Positions 45,943 to 56,097 are shown, counted from the stretch's first letter. The stretch is 61,864 bases of DNA from Ramlibacter sp. (GCA_028292195.1 JAQGMU010000609.1:1-61864); one strand, 5' to 3'. Notes: generated from the letters alone by a model not told the origin. Program-made: numbers and translations.

Positions 45943-46998
45943 TCAGCTGGAACGCTTTGTCAAGGGCCACTCGGACCAGTAGCGCTTGGTGCGGGTCCAC
46001 TGCGCCGCCAGGCCTTCCGGCTCGAAACGCAGGAAGCCCATGATCAGCAGCGCATAGATGACGGCCCGCAGTTCCTGCGCATGGGCCGCCGACAGGCCCG
46101 CGAGCGAGGCACCGGCGACCGAGAACACCAGCCGGCTCAGGTCGGGCAGGATCGTGATGAGGAAGGCGCCGAGCACCGCGCCGCGCACGCTGGCCAGGCC
46201 GCCGACGATGATCATCGCCAGCGCCTCGACGCTGGTCAGCACGCCGAAGGCGTCGATGTTCACGTAGCGGATGTGGATCGCCAGCAGCGCGCCCGCCACG
46301 CCCGTGAGGAAGGCGCTGACCGCGAAGGCCAGCAGCTTGTAGTAGACGAGGTTGATCCCCATCAGGATGGCGGCGATGTCGTAGTCGCGGATCGATGACC
46401 AGGCCCGGCCCACGCGGCTGCGCAGCAGGTTGAGCGCGCCCAGCACCGACAGCACCAGCGTGCCCAGGCACAGGTAGTACACCGCCGTCGGCGTGTCGAT
46501 CGGCAGCCCGAGCAGCGAAGTGCGCTTGACCGAGATGCCGCCGGAGCCGCCGGTCAGGCTCTCGGCCTGCAGGATGATGTTGGTGACGATGATCGAGAAC
46601 GCCAGCGTCGTCACCGCCAGGTACAGGCCCTTCAGCCGCAGCGACGGGATGCCGACCAGCGCACTGAAGGCCGCGGCCATCGCACCCGAGGCGATGATCG
46701 CCGTCGCCAGTTCCACGTTGTACTTCGAGGTGAGGATGGCCGTGGTGTACGCGCCGATGGCGAGGAAGCCGGCGTGGCCCAGCGAGATCAGCCCGGTGGT
46801 GCCGGTCACCAGGTTGAGGCCGATCGCACCGACCGCGGCGATGAAGACCAGCGTCGCGTAGGTGGCGATGTAGGTGGGCAGCAGCAGCGGCAGCGCGATC
46901 AGCGCCGCCAGCAGCACGCCGTACCAGACCCAGCCGTCGCGGTAGGGGATGAGGCGAGTCAGCTCGCCGTAGGTTTCCTGGTAGGTTGCGGTACGCAT
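45943..46998 (-). CDS. LivM-like ABC permease
   Basis: GLNLVTGTTGLISLGHAGF, RLKGLYLAVTTLAF, SRVGRAW, IIVGGL, EPEGL. Confidence 0.94.
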   Translation of the reverse strand: MRTATYQETYGELTRLIPYRDGWVWYGVLLAALIALPLLLPTYIATYATLVFIAAVGAIGLNLVTGTTGLISLGHAGFLAIGAYTTAILTSKYNVELATAIIASGAMAAAFSALVGIPSLRLKGLYLAVTTLAFSIIVTNIILQAESLTGGSGGISVKRTSLLGLPIDTPTAVYYLCLGTLVLSVLGALNLLRSRVGRAWSSIRDYDIAAILMGINLVYYKLLAFAVSAFLTGVAGALLAIHIRYVNIDAFGVLTSVEALAMIIVGGLASVRGAVLGAFLITILPDLSRLVFSVAGASLAGLSAAHAQELRAVIYALLIMGFLRFEPEGLAAQWTRTKRYWSEWPLTKRSS

Positions 46999-47870
46999 CA
47001 GACCCTCTCGATGTCTTTTTCGCCAAACAGGCCGTAGGGCCGGACCATCAGGACGACCAGGATCACCGCGAAGCCCGCGATTTCCTTGTAGCCGGTGCCG
47101 AGGTAGCCGCCGGCGAGGTTCTCGATCACGCCGATCAGCACGCCCGCGAAGCCGGCGCCGATGACGGAGTCGAGTCCGCCCATCACCGCGGCCGGGAAGG
47201 CCCGGATGCCGATGTCGCTCATCTCGATGCCGATGTTGTTGATCATGGCCAGCAGCACGCCGGCCGTGCCCGCCATCAGCGCGGACATGATCCAGGCCAG
47301 CCGGTAGATGCGGCTGGGCGCCGCCCCCATCAGCATGGCCGTGGTCGGGTCGGCGGCGGTGGCGCGCATCGCGATGCCGATCACGTTGAAGCGCAGGAAA
47401 GCCCACACCGCCACGCACATCGCGGCATAGATGACGATCAGCCAGACCTGCGCGGCCGCGAGCCGCACGCCGAGGATCTGCAGGCCGCCCGAGCCGAGGC
47501 TGACCGGGAAGCGGTGCGGATCGACGCCCCAGACCATGCCGACGATGGCGCGGATCAGCACCGCGAGCGCGATGGTGAGCATCACGATCGAGAACACCGG
47601 CTGCCCCAGCATCGGCCGGATCACCAGCCGCTCCAGCAGGTAGCCGAGCACGATCGCGGCGACGATCACGGTGGCGACGGCGGCCACCGCGCTGCCGCCG
47701 GTGTGTGTGGCTGCGGTGTAGGCCGTGTAGGCGATCAGCATCATGACCTCGCCCTGCGCGAAGTTCACCACGCGGCTCACCTTGTAGATCATGGCGAAGC
47801 CCATCGCCACCATCCCGTACAGCGCGCCGGCGGCGATGCCGGTGATGACCAGTGTCGTGAGGTATTGCAT
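46998..47870 (-). CDS. LivH-like ABC permease
   Basis: VVNFAQGE, GIAMRATA, AVMGGLDS, RPYGLFG...IERV. Confidence 0.94.
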   Translation of the reverse strand: MQYLTTLVITGIAAGALYGMVAMGFAMIYKVSRVVNFAQGEVMMLIAYTAYTAATHTGGSAVAAVATVIVAAIVLGYLLERLVIRPMLGQPVFSIVMLTIALAVLIRAIVGMVWGVDPHRFPVSLGSGGLQILGVRLAAAQVWLIVIYAAMCVAVWAFLRFNVIGIAMRATAADPTTAMLMGAAPSRIYRLAWIMSALMAGTAGVLLAMINNIGIEMSDIGIRAFPAAVMGGLDSVIGAGFAGVLIGVIENLAGGYLGTGYKEIAGFAVILVVLMVRPYGLFGEKDIERV

Positions 47871-49738
47871 CAGGCCGCCTGCCCGTAGATGGAGGAAATC
47901 TCCGTTGCGTACTTCTTCTCGATCACCGAGCGGCGCACCTTCTGGGTGGCCGTGAGCTCGCCGTCGTCGTGGTCGAGTTCCTTCTGCAGGATCACGAACT
48001 TGCGCACCCGAGCCACCTGCGCGAACCGTTCGTTGCAGCGATCCACCTCGGCCGCCACCAGCGCCCGCACCTCGGGCAGTTGCGACAGCGACCTGTAGTT
48101 GGTGTACGAGAGGTTCTGCGCCGCCGCCCAGTTGCCCACCGCGTCGGTATCGATCTGGATCAACGCCGAGACGAAGTGCCGCTGCTCGCCGATGACGATC
48201 GCCTCGCGGATGTAGACGGCTTCCTTCAGCGCGTTCTCCATCTCGGAGGGCGCGATGTTCTTGCCGCCGCTGGTGACGATGATTTCCTTCTTGCGGTCGA
48301 CGATGCGCAGCTCGCCGGCCGGCATCTGCTCGGCGATGTCGCCGCTGCGCAGCCAGCCGTCGTCACCGAGGATGTTCCGGGTTCCCTGCGCGTCGTGCAG
48401 GTAGCCGGCGAACACGGCCGGTCCGCGCAGCAGCACCTCGCCGTCCTCCGCCAGCCGGTACTCCATCCCCGGCAGCGGCGTGCCGACGCCGCCGCTCATG
48501 CGGGCATCCTTGTGCTGCGAGAACGACATGCCGCCCTCTGTGAGCCCGTAGGCCTGGTAGGTGGGAAGCCCCAGCACCTCGAAGAAGCGCAGCGTTTCCG
48601 GCGACACCGGGGCGGCGCCGCAGATGCGCACCAGCGAGCGGTCGAACCCGAGGTGCTTGGCGATGCTGCGGAACACCAGCAGCCAGAGCACGCCGTACTC
48701 GATGCGTTCCAGCCATCCCATTGGCGCCGGGGCGCCCGAGGGCTGGCGATTCGCGTCGCGCACTTTCAGGCGCCGGAAGGCGCGGTCGAACGCCCGGTCC
48801 ATCGCCCAGCGCTGCAGCCGGGGCGCCTCCTGCGAGCGCACGCGGATCGACTGCTGCATCTTCTGCCAGATGCGCGGCACGCCGAGGAACACGGTGGGGG
48901 CGATCTCGCGGATGTTGGACTGCACCGTCTCGATCGACTCGGCGAAGTTGACCACCCCGCCGGTGCTCAGGTGCATGGCCAGCGAGAACAGGCGCTCCGC
49001 CAGGTGGCACAGGGGCAGGTAGGAGAGCACTACGTAGTTGTCTTCGTGCAGCCCATGCAGCCGGGTGAACTCGTCGGCCGTGTGGCCGATGTTGCGGTGC
49101 GAGAGTTGCGCGCCCTTGGGCTTGCCGGTGGTGCCGGAGGTGTAGACGATGATCGCGACGTCGCTGGCGTCCTGCGCCTCGCAGGCGTGGACCCACTGCG
49201 CGTGCGCTTCGTCGGCGGGGCGGCCGTCGGCCAGGGCGCTGACGCGATCGAAGGGCAGCAGGCGCGGATCTTCGTAATGCCGCATGCCCTTCATGTCGAC
49301 GCAGATGATCCGCTCCAGCTCGGGCAGGCCGCCTTCCTGGCTGCTGGCGTCCAGCACCTTGTCGACCTGCTCCTGGTCGCCGCAGACGATGAAGCGCGCG
49401 TTGCAGTGGCGCACCACGTACTGCAGTTCGGGCCAGGGGCTGGTGGGGTAGACGCCGGTGGTGATGCCGCCCAGGGACTGGGCGGCCAGGTCGGCGACCA
49501 GCCATTCGGGCGTGTTGTCACCCGCGATCGCCAGCCGGTCGCCCTTGCGGAAGCCGAGCTCCAGCAGGCCCAGCGCAAAGCGCCGCACCTCGGTTTCATA
49601 CTGCTTCCAGCTCAGGCGCTTCCAGACGCCGAGCTCCTTTTCGCGCATGGCGACGCCATCCGGCTTCAGCCGCGCCCAGTGGCGCAGCCGGTTCGGCATG
49701 GTGACCATGGCGCCGGGGGGAGGACGATGCGCGCTCAT
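47870..49738 (-). CDS. Long-chain acyl-CoA synthetase-like AMP-binding protein embedded in the ABC operon
   Basis: YTSGTTGKPKG, SYLPLCH, GVPRIW, YGLTE, GWLRSGD, TSGGKNIAP, ELTATQK. Confidence 0.95.
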   Translation of the reverse strand: MSAHRPPPGAMVTMPNRLRHWARLKPDGVAMREKELGVWKRLSWKQYETEVRRFALGLLELGFRKGDRLAIAGDNTPEWLVADLAAQSLGGITTGVYPTSPWPELQYVVRHCNARFIVCGDQEQVDKVLDASSQEGGLPELERIICVDMKGMRHYEDPRLLPFDRVSALADGRPADEAHAQWVHACEAQDASDVAIIVYTSGTTGKPKGAQLSHRNIGHTADEFTRLHGLHEDNYVVLSYLPLCHLAERLFSLAMHLSTGGVVNFAESIETVQSNIREIAPTVFLGVPRIWQKMQQSIRVRSQEAPRLQRWAMDRAFDRAFRRLKVRDANRQPSGAPAPMGWLERIEYGVLWLLVFRSIAKHLGFDRSLVRICGAAPVSPETLRFFEVLGLPTYQAYGLTEGGMSFSQHKDARMSGGVGTPLPGMEYRLAEDGEVLLRGPAVFAGYLHDAQGTRNILGDDGWLRSGDIAEQMPAGELRIVDRKKEIIVTSGGKNIAPSEMENALKEAVYIREAIVIGEQRHFVSALIQIDTDAVGNWAAAQNLSYTNYRSLSQLPEVRALVAAEVDRCNERFAQVARVRKFVILQKELDHDDGELTATQKVRRSVIEKKYATEISSIYGQAA

Positions 49739-50508
49739 GCGTGGGCCGTTCCAAGGTAGGCGTTGATGACCTCGGGGTTGGCCGCCACTTCGGCCGGCGC
49801 GCCCGAGGCGATCGACTCGCCGAAATTCATCACGTGGACCGAATCGGAGATGTCCATCACGACGCTCATGTCATGCTCGATCATCAGGATGGTCATGCCG
49901 AATTCCTCGCGCAGGTCGAGCACGAAGCGGGCGATGTCCTCGGTCTCTTCCTGGTTCATGCCGGACACCATCTCGTCCAGCAGCAGCAGCTTGGGCCGGG
50001 TGGCCAGGGCACGTCCCAGCTCCACCCGCTTCTGCAGGCCGTAGGAGAGCTGGCTCACCTTGTGGTGCCGGATCTCCTCGATCTCGAGGAACTCGATGAT
50101 CTTCTCCACGTGCTCGCGGGCCGCGATTTCCTCGCGCGCCGTGCGGCCGAAGAAGAACGCGCCATCGAGCACGCCGGAGCGCAGTTGCGAATGCATGCCG
50201 ACCAGCAGGTTCATCACCACGGTTTCGTGGCGGAAGATCGCCAGGTTCTGGAAGGTGCGGCCGATGCCGAGGCCGGCCAGCCGGTGCGGCGGCTGGGCCA
50301 GCAGGTCCGTGCCTCGGTAGGCGATGGAGCCACTGCTGACGTTGAACAGGCGGCAGACCGCGTTGAACAGCGTCGTCTTGCCGGCGCCGTTGGGACCGAT
50401 CAGGCTGGCGATCTCGCCCTCGTGCACGTCGAACGAGACGTTAGCGACGGCCTTCACGCCGCCGAACGACTTGGAGACGGACTTGAGGCTGAGGAGGGGG
50501 GCGTTCAT
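49735..50508 (-). CDS. LivG-like ABC ATPase
   Basis: FGGVKAV, GPNGAGKTT, RTFQN, LSYGLQKRVE, IEHDM, VINAYLG. Confidence 0.94.
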   Translation of the reverse strand: MNAPLLSLKSVSKSFGGVKAVANVSFDVHEGEIASLIGPNGAGKTTLFNAVCRLFNVSSGSIAYRGTDLLAQPPHRLAGLGIGRTFQNLAIFRHETVVMNLLVGMHSQLRSGVLDGAFFFGRTAREEIAAREHVEKIIEFLEIEEIRHHKVSQLSYGLQKRVELGRALATRPKLLLLDEMVSGMNQEETEDIARFVLDLREEFGMTILMIEHDMSVVMDISDSVHVMNFGESIASGAPAEVAANPEVINAYLGTAHA

Positions 50509-51365
50509 GACAGCCACCGCTTGCGCTGCTTGTAGTGCTTGACGTCGCGCATCGACTTGCGTTCGGTCGACGAGCGCATGCCGAGGTAGAACTCCTGGAT
50601 GTCGCTGTTGCGCAGCAGCGCCGCCGCATCGCCGTCGAGCATCACGCGCCCACGTTCGAGCACGTAGCCGTAGTCGGCGACCTGCAGCGCCAGCCTGGCG
50701 TTCTGCTCCACCAGCAGGATGTCGATGTGCTCCTTGCGCAGCAGGGCGATGGTCTCGAAGATGCGTTCGATCACCTTGGGCGCCAGGCCCAGCGAAGGTT
50801 CGTCCAGCATCAGCAGCGAGGGCTGCACCATCAGCGCACGGGCAATGGCCACCATTTGCTGCTGCCCGCCCGACAGGTAGCCCGCGACCTGGGTGCGGCG
50901 CTCGGTGAGTTCGGGGAACAGCGTGTAGGCGCGCTCCAGTGCCGCGCGACGGGCCGGCCCGCGCAGGGTGCAGCCGCCCATGACCAGGTTCTCTTCCACC
51001 GTCAGCGCGGCGAACAGGCGCCGGCCCTCGGGCACGTGGACGACGCCGGCGCGGACGATGTCCTCCGGCGAGCTGCGCCCCAGGTCGACACCCTTGTAGC
51101 GGATGCTGCCCCGGACCAGCGAACCCTTTTCGGGAAACAGGACGCCGGAGATCGCCTTCAGCAGCGTGCTCTTGCCGGAGCCATTGGGCCCGAGCAGGCA
51201 GACCACGCGGCCGCCATCGACCTTCATCGAGATGTCGCGCACGGCTTCGACGCAGCCGTCGTAGAAGACCTGCGCGTTCAGGATCTCCAGGCCGCCCGCT
51301 GGCGGGGTCGGCGCGGAGGTGCGGGGCTGGCCCGTGGCGGGACGCATGCCGGTCTCAAGATCCAT
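50505..51365 (-). CDS. LivF-like ABC ATPase (start 51365 or 51347)
   Basis: GPNGSGKST, VPEGRR, LSGGQQQM, DEPSLGLAP, VEQNA; basic C-terminal tail KHYKQRKRWLS. Confidence 0.93.
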   Translation of the reverse strand: MDLETGMRPATGQPRTSAPTPPAGGLEILNAQVFYDGCVEAVRDISMKVDGGRVVCLLGPNGSGKSTLLKAISGVLFPEKGSLVRGSIRYKGVDLGRSSPEDIVRAGVVHVPEGRRLFAALTVEENLVMGGCTLRGPARRAALERAYTLFPELTERRTQVAGYLSGGQQQMVAIARALMVQPSLLMLDEPSLGLAPKVIERIFETIALLRKEHIDILLVEQNARLALQVADYGYVLERGRVMLDGDAAALLRNSDIQEFYLGMRSSTERKSMRDVKHYKQRKRWLS

Positions 51366-52566
51366 GGGCAGGCACCACGCGGACGACGATGTTTTCCGGG
51401 CCGCGCACCTGGCCGGAGCCCCATTTCACCGGGCCGGGTTCGCGCTCGAAGTCGGGCATGGCCTGGAGCCATTCCTCGAGTGCGACGCGCACTTCCATGC
51501 GTGCCAGGTGGGCGCCCAGGCAGCGGTGCGCGCCAGTGCCGAAGGTGAGGTGCCGGTTGCGCTTGCGCTCCAGCTGCACTTCGTTGGGCTGGTCGAACAC
51601 CGCGGGGTCGCGGTTGGCCGCCGGGTAGGCGAGGATCACGCGCTCCTGCGCGGCGATGCAGCGTCCGTGCAGTTCGACTTCTTCGCTGGTGATGCGGCCG
51701 ATGGTGAGCGGGGCGAAGACGCGCAGCAGCTCCTCCACCGCCGTGGTCTTCATCAGCTCGGGCCGGGCGACCAGCTTGGCGCGGTCGTCCGGATGTTCGG
51801 CCAGGTGGTAGATGCTGCCGTTGATGGCGTTCCAGGTGGTGTCCGCGCCGGCCAGGATGGTCAGCAGCAGGCTGCCCAGCTTGTGCTTGCGCGAGATCGG
51901 CTGGCCGGCTATCGTGGCTTGCGCGAGATGGCTCACCAGGTCGTCGCCGGGCGCGGCAGCGCGCTCGGCCAGCAGCTGGTCGAGGTCGTCGAACGCGTCC
52001 CGGAAAGCAGCGCTGCGCAGTTCCTGGTCGAAGGGCCCGAGCTTGATCACGCGGATCGCCCAGTCCATGAACCGGGCCTGGCGATCGTCCGGCACCTGCA
52101 GCAGGCGCGTGAGGATGGACAGCGCATACGGCTGCGAGAACTCGCGCGCCACGTCGCCACCGCCCTTGGCCGCCATCGCGGCGATGAGCGTGCGGGCGCG
52201 CTCGCGGGCAAAGGGCTCGATGGCGGCGATGCGCGCCGGCGTGAACCACGGCTCGAGCAGGTCACGGTGCGGTTTGTGGTCCGGCGGATCGCTGGTCAGC
52301 GGCGCGAAGAACAGGCCGCCGCCGACCTCCGGGATCGGGCCGGCGAATTCGACGGCCCGCGACGACAGCCGGGCGGAGTCGTGCGCGAGCTTGTGGATGT
52401 CCTCGTAGGCGGTGGGCAGCCACGACGAGCCCCACTTGTCGCTGTGCGCCACGGGGCAGCCGCTGCCGCGGATGTCATCCCACACCGCGTGCGGGTCGTT
52501 CACGTAGCGGTCCGAATACAGGTCGTAGCCGTCCTGCGGCTGCGTCGGGATCGGGGGCTTGTCCAT
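51355..52566 (-). CDS. Cytochrome P450
   Basis: DPPDH, I-helix AGADTT, EELLR, AANRDP, heme motif FGTGAHRCLG; SD GAGGAG. Confidence 0.97.
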   Translation of the reverse strand: MDKPPIPTQPQDGYDLYSDRYVNDPHAVWDDIRGSGCPVAHSDKWGSSWLPTAYEDIHKLAHDSARLSSRAVEFAGPIPEVGGGLFFAPLTSDPPDHKPHRDLLEPWFTPARIAAIEPFARERARTLIAAMAAKGGGDVAREFSQPYALSILTRLLQVPDDRQARFMDWAIRVIKLGPFDQELRSAAFRDAFDDLDQLLAERAAAPGDDLVSHLAQATIAGQPISRKHKLGSLLLTILAGADTTWNAINGSIYHLAEHPDDRAKLVARPELMKTTAVEELLRVFAPLTIGRITSEEVELHGRCIAAQERVILAYPAANRDPAVFDQPNEVQLERKRNRHLTFGTGAHRCLGAHLARMEVRVALEEWLQAMPDFEREPGPVKWGSGQVRGPENIVVRVVPAHGS

Positions 52567-52598
52567 TCTGTCTTGTCTCCTCGGCTGCTTGGCCGTTG

Positions 52599-53738
52599 TC
52601 AGTTCCATTCGTTGAGGACGCTGGCGGTGTCGGCGCCCAACAGGGGTGGCGCCCGCCGGATGTCATTGCCGCCTTCGGAAAAGCGCATCGGGTTGCGCAG
52701 CACGCGGATCGATCCCGCCGCGGGATGCTCCATGCGGTGCACCATCGAGTCCGCGACGACCGGATCGGCAAAGGCTTCCTCGACCTGGCGCACCGGCGCG
52801 AACACCGCTCCGGCTTCGGACAGCACCGCTTCCCAGTGCGCGTACGGCCTGGCACGCACCAGCGCCGCGATGGATTCGTCGAGGGCGACGCGATGGCGTA
52901 CGCGCGTGTCGTTGTCCGAGAAGCGGTGGTCGCCGGCCAGGGCTTCGTCGCCCAGGGCCTTCAGCAGCACGCGCCAGAACTTCTCGGTGTGCGCGATCAG
53001 CATCAGCAGGCGGCCGTCGGCGGTTTCGTAGGTGTTGTACGGCGCCATCTGGTAGTGGCCGTTGCCCAGGCGCGGCGGCGGTGAACCGGTCGCGAAGAAG
53101 TAGGCCTCGCGCGGCGTCATGGCGAAGATGGTCGCGTCCAGCATGGAGACGTCGACCCGCTGGCCGCGGCCGTGGTCGCGCCGGGCATGCAGGGCGGCCA
53201 GCACGCCGATGGTGGCAAACAGCGGCGGCACGACGTCGCCCAGCGGAAAGCCGGTCTTCAGCGGACCGCTCTGGGCGGTGCCGGTCAATTGCATGATGCC
53301 GGACATCGCCTGCACCGTCGGGTCTAGCGCGGGCCTGTCGCCGTAGGGAGCGTCCTTGCCGAAGCCGGAGATCGCGGTGTAGATGAGGCCCGGGTTGTCA
53401 CTGGCCAGCGCTTCGTAGCCCAGCCCCCATTTCTCCATGGTGCCCGGGCGGAAGTTCTCCACCACGACGTCGCAGCCGACGATGAGCGCGCGCAGCGCCT
53501 CGACGTCGCGCGGCTGCTTCATGTCCAGCACCACGCTGCGCTTGTTGCGGTTCAGCGCCAGGAACACGTCGCTCTCGCCGCCGATGCGAGTGACGCCCAC
53601 GTGGCGCCCCGCTTCACCCTCGGGCGGCTCGATCTTGATCACGTCGGCGCCAAGGTCGCCCAGCAGCAGGGTGCACAGCGGCCCCGCGACCAGCTGGGTG
53701 AGGTCGATCACGCGGATGTCCTTGAGCAGGTTGGTCAT
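52599..53738 (-). CDS. CaiB/BaiF (family III) CoA transferase
   Basis: VIDLTQLVAGP, DLGADVIKIEPP, NRNKRS, VENFRPG, PLGD, PPLLGADT. Confidence 0.95.
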   Translation of the reverse strand: MTNLLKDIRVIDLTQLVAGPLCTLLLGDLGADVIKIEPPEGEAGRHVGVTRIGGESDVFLALNRNKRSVVLDMKQPRDVEALRALIVGCDVVVENFRPGTMEKWGLGYEALASDNPGLIYTAISGFGKDAPYGDRPALDPTVQAMSGIMQLTGTAQSGPLKTGFPLGDVVPPLFATIGVLAALHARRDHGRGQRVDVSMLDATIFAMTPREAYFFATGSPPPRLGNGHYQMAPYNTYETADGRLLMLIAHTEKFWRVLLKALGDEALAGDHRFSDNDTRVRHRVALDESIAALVRARPYAHWEAVLSEAGAVFAPVRQVEEAFADPVVADSMVHRMEHPAAGSIRVLRNPMRFSEGGNDIRRAPPLLGADTASVLNEWN

Positions 53739-53750
53739 GCCGGCTTTCTT

Positions 53751-54914
53751 CTAGTAGGTCTCGACATGGAAACGTCCCTGCTGCCGCATGGCTTCGCGCT
53801 GCGGCGCCCAGCCGCCGCCGCAACCGCGCAGGATGTCTTCGAAGGCTTCTTCCACGCCGGCTTCCATGCCCTTGCGGCCGCAGATGAAGACGTGGGTGGT
53901 GGGCGCCAGCAGCAGCAGCTGCAGGCGGTCGGCGCTCACCCGCATCCGGTCCTGCACGTACACGCGCGGCAAGCCCGGCTCCCGGGAGAAGCAGATGTGG
54001 TGGTCGAGGAAGCCGGCGGGCAGGCTCTCATGCCGCCCGTAGTAAGGCAGTTCCTCCGGCGTGCGGCCGCCATAGAACATCATCAGCGCGCCACTGGCGT
54101 CGCGCATGGCGCGCAGGCGCTGTTCGATGAAGCCGCGGAACGGGGCGACGCCGGTGCCGGTGCATACCATCAGCAGGTTGGCCTCGGGGTCCTGCGGCAG
54201 CAGGAAGGTGGTGCCGAAGGGCCCTGTCACCTGCACCCGGTCACCGGCCTTGAGGTCGGCGAGATGGTTGGAGCACAGCCCGGACGGCTCCCGCTTGACG
54301 GTGAGGGCGACGGTGTTGGTGCCGTTCTCTTCGCCGCCGCGGGCGCTGGCCACCGAGTAGAGGCGCTCCACGTTCGGGCGCCCGCGCTCGTCGACGCCGG
54401 GTGGCAGGATGCCGATGCTCTGGCCTTCCAGCAGCGGCATGCGCTGGCCGCCGAAGTCGAGCACGATGTGGCGCACGTCGTGCAGGTGGGTGCGGGTCGC
54501 GCGGCGGTTGGAGAGCACCGTGGCCGTGGCGGGCGTGGTTCGGCCGTACAGCTGCACGGTTGGCGTGGCGGCCGTGGGCGGGGCGATCGGGCCGGGCAGC
54601 GCGGCGGGCATCCCGGCGGCCGGCACGGCCTGCGGTGGCAGGTCGAGCCAGCCGAACTGCGCCTGGAGGCTGTAGGGCCGGGCCACCGCGTGCCAGCGGT
54701 CCACCGCGCCGGTGGGGCAGGGTGCGACGCAGGCCTTGCAGTGGTTGCAGGTGTCGGCGTTGACCACGTAGTTGTTGTCGTCGTGGGTGATGGCGCCGAC
54801 CGGGCAGGTTTCCTCGCAGGTGTTGCAGCGGATGCAGATCTCGGGATCGATCAGGTGCTGCACCACGAACGCCGGCTCCCCGGGCGCTGCGGCGAGGAAC
54901 GCCGGGTCGCTCAT
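53751..54914 (-). CDS. boxA: BoxA-like 2[4Fe-4S] + FNR-type NADPH reductase
   Basis: QHLIDPEICIRCNTCEETCP, CNHCKACVAPCPTGA; FNR motifs EGQSIGILPPG, RLYSVAS, CTGTGVAPFRGF, YVQD, ICG, C-terminal HVETY; ATGA overlap with ADH. Confidence 0.9.
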   Translation of the reverse strand: MSDPAFLAAAPGEPAFVVQHLIDPEICIRCNTCEETCPVGAITHDDNNYVVNADTCNHCKACVAPCPTGAVDRWHAVARPYSLQAQFGWLDLPPQAVPAAGMPAALPGPIAPPTAATPTVQLYGRTTPATATVLSNRRATRTHLHDVRHIVLDFGGQRMPLLEGQSIGILPPGVDERGRPNVERLYSVASARGGEENGTNTVALTVKREPSGLCSNHLADLKAGDRVQVTGPFGTTFLLPQDPEANLLMVCTGTGVAPFRGFIEQRLRAMRDASGALMMFYGGRTPEELPYYGRHESLPAGFLDHHICFSREPGLPRVYVQDRMRVSADRLQLLLLAPTTHVFICGRKGMEAGVEEAFEDILRGCGGGWAPQREAMRQQGRFHVETY

Positions 54915-56020
54915 TGCAGCACCAGAGCTCGCGCGCCCTGTTCGGCCGCGCAGTAGGCGATGGCGTCGTTGATGCGATCGAGCGGGAAGCGCGCCGTCAC
55001 CAGTTCCTTCAGGTGCAGCTGGCCGGACTGGTACAGCTCGACCAGCCGGGCCAGGTCGCGCTTGACGTGGGCCGAGCCGTAGAGCGAGCCGCGGATGGTT
55101 TTCTCGGACATCACCAGGCCGCCGAACGCCGGGATGTTGACCATCACCTCCTTGCCCGGGGCGCTGACGATCACCACCCGGCCGCCGCGCCGCGTCATGC
55201 GGATGGCGTCGTCGATGGTCTGCTGCCGGCCCGCCACTTCGAGGGCGACGTCGACGCCCCGGCCGGAGGTCAGCTCGCGGATCTGGGAAACCATGTTCCT
55301 GGCCGGTTCCAGCGTGTGCGTGGCGCCGAGTTGCCTGGCCAGCGCCAGGCGGTCCGGCCGCGGGTCGATGGCGATGATGGTGGTGGCGCCGCTGATGCGC
55401 GCGCCCTGGATCGCATTGAGGCCGACGCCGCCGCAGCCGACCACGGCGACCGCTTCGCCGACGGCCACTTGCGCGGTGTTCACCGCGGCGCCGACGCCGG
55501 TGATCACGCCGCAGCCCAGCAAGGCGGCTTCCTCGAACGGCAGGTCGGCCGGGATCCGCACGGCGCAACCGGCCGGCACGACCACGCGTTCGGCAAAGGT
55601 GCCCAGGCCCGTCATGTGGAACACGGGCTGGCCCTTCCAGCTGAAGCGCGTGGTGCCGTCGGCCATGGTGCCGCGCAGCATCGAGGCCTGGCCCGATTCG
55701 CACAGCACCGGTTGGTTGTGGGAGCAATAAAAGCAGCTGCCGCACTGGGCCAGCAGGCTCAGCACCACGCGGTCACCGACGGCCAGGTCCCTGACGTTGG
55801 GGCCGATCGCCACCACCGTGCCGGCGCTTTCATGCCCGAGCACCACCGGCAGCGGGCTGGGCAGCACGGCCTGGTGGACCGACAGGTCCGAATGGCAGAC
55901 GCCCGTGGCGGCGATTTCCACCATCACTTCGTCGGCGTGCGGCTCCTCGAGATCCAGCAGTTCGACCTGGAGGGGTTCGCGGGGCCGCACCATCAGGGCG
56001 GCCTTGGTCTGGAAGGTCAT
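54911..56020 (-). CDS. Zn-dependent alcohol dehydrogenase (MDR)
   Basis: GVCHSD, LGHESAG, CGSCFYC...C structural Zn site, LLGCGVITG, GCGGVG. Confidence 0.96.
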   Translation of the reverse strand: MTFQTKAALMVRPREPLQVELLDLEEPHADEVMVEIAATGVCHSDLSVHQAVLPSPLPVVLGHESAGTVVAIGPNVRDLAVGDRVVLSLLAQCGSCFYCSHNQPVLCESGQASMLRGTMADGTTRFSWKGQPVFHMTGLGTFAERVVVPAGCAVRIPADLPFEEAALLGCGVITGVGAAVNTAQVAVGEAVAVVGCGGVGLNAIQGARISGATTIIAIDPRPDRLALARQLGATHTLEPARNMVSQIRELTSGRGVDVALEVAGRQQTIDDAIRMTRRGGRVVIVSAPGKEVMVNIPAFGGLVMSEKTIRGSLYGSAHVKRDLARLVELYQSGQLHLKELVTARFPLDRINDAIAYCAAEQGARALVLQ

Positions 56021-56063
56021 AACTACAATTTACGGTTGATGCTGGTAAAAAGTGTAGTACAGT
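56021..56063. promoter_or_regulatory. Overlapping divergent promoters with an ACTACA-N25-TGTAGT inverted repeat
   Basis: AT-rich gap. Minus strand: TAAATT 6 nt before the ADH ATG, no SD. Plus strand: TTGATG-N16-TACAGT. Repeat arms at 56022-56027 and 56053-56058. Confidence 0.55.
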
Positions 56064-56097
56064 CTCGCGGCCGATGCAACTGTGGATGGAGTCGGGA

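Noticed and set aside
53751-54914. boxA as evidence of a benzoate Box pathway in this window
   Set aside because: No boxB, boxC, boxR or benzoate-CoA ligase is recognisable here.
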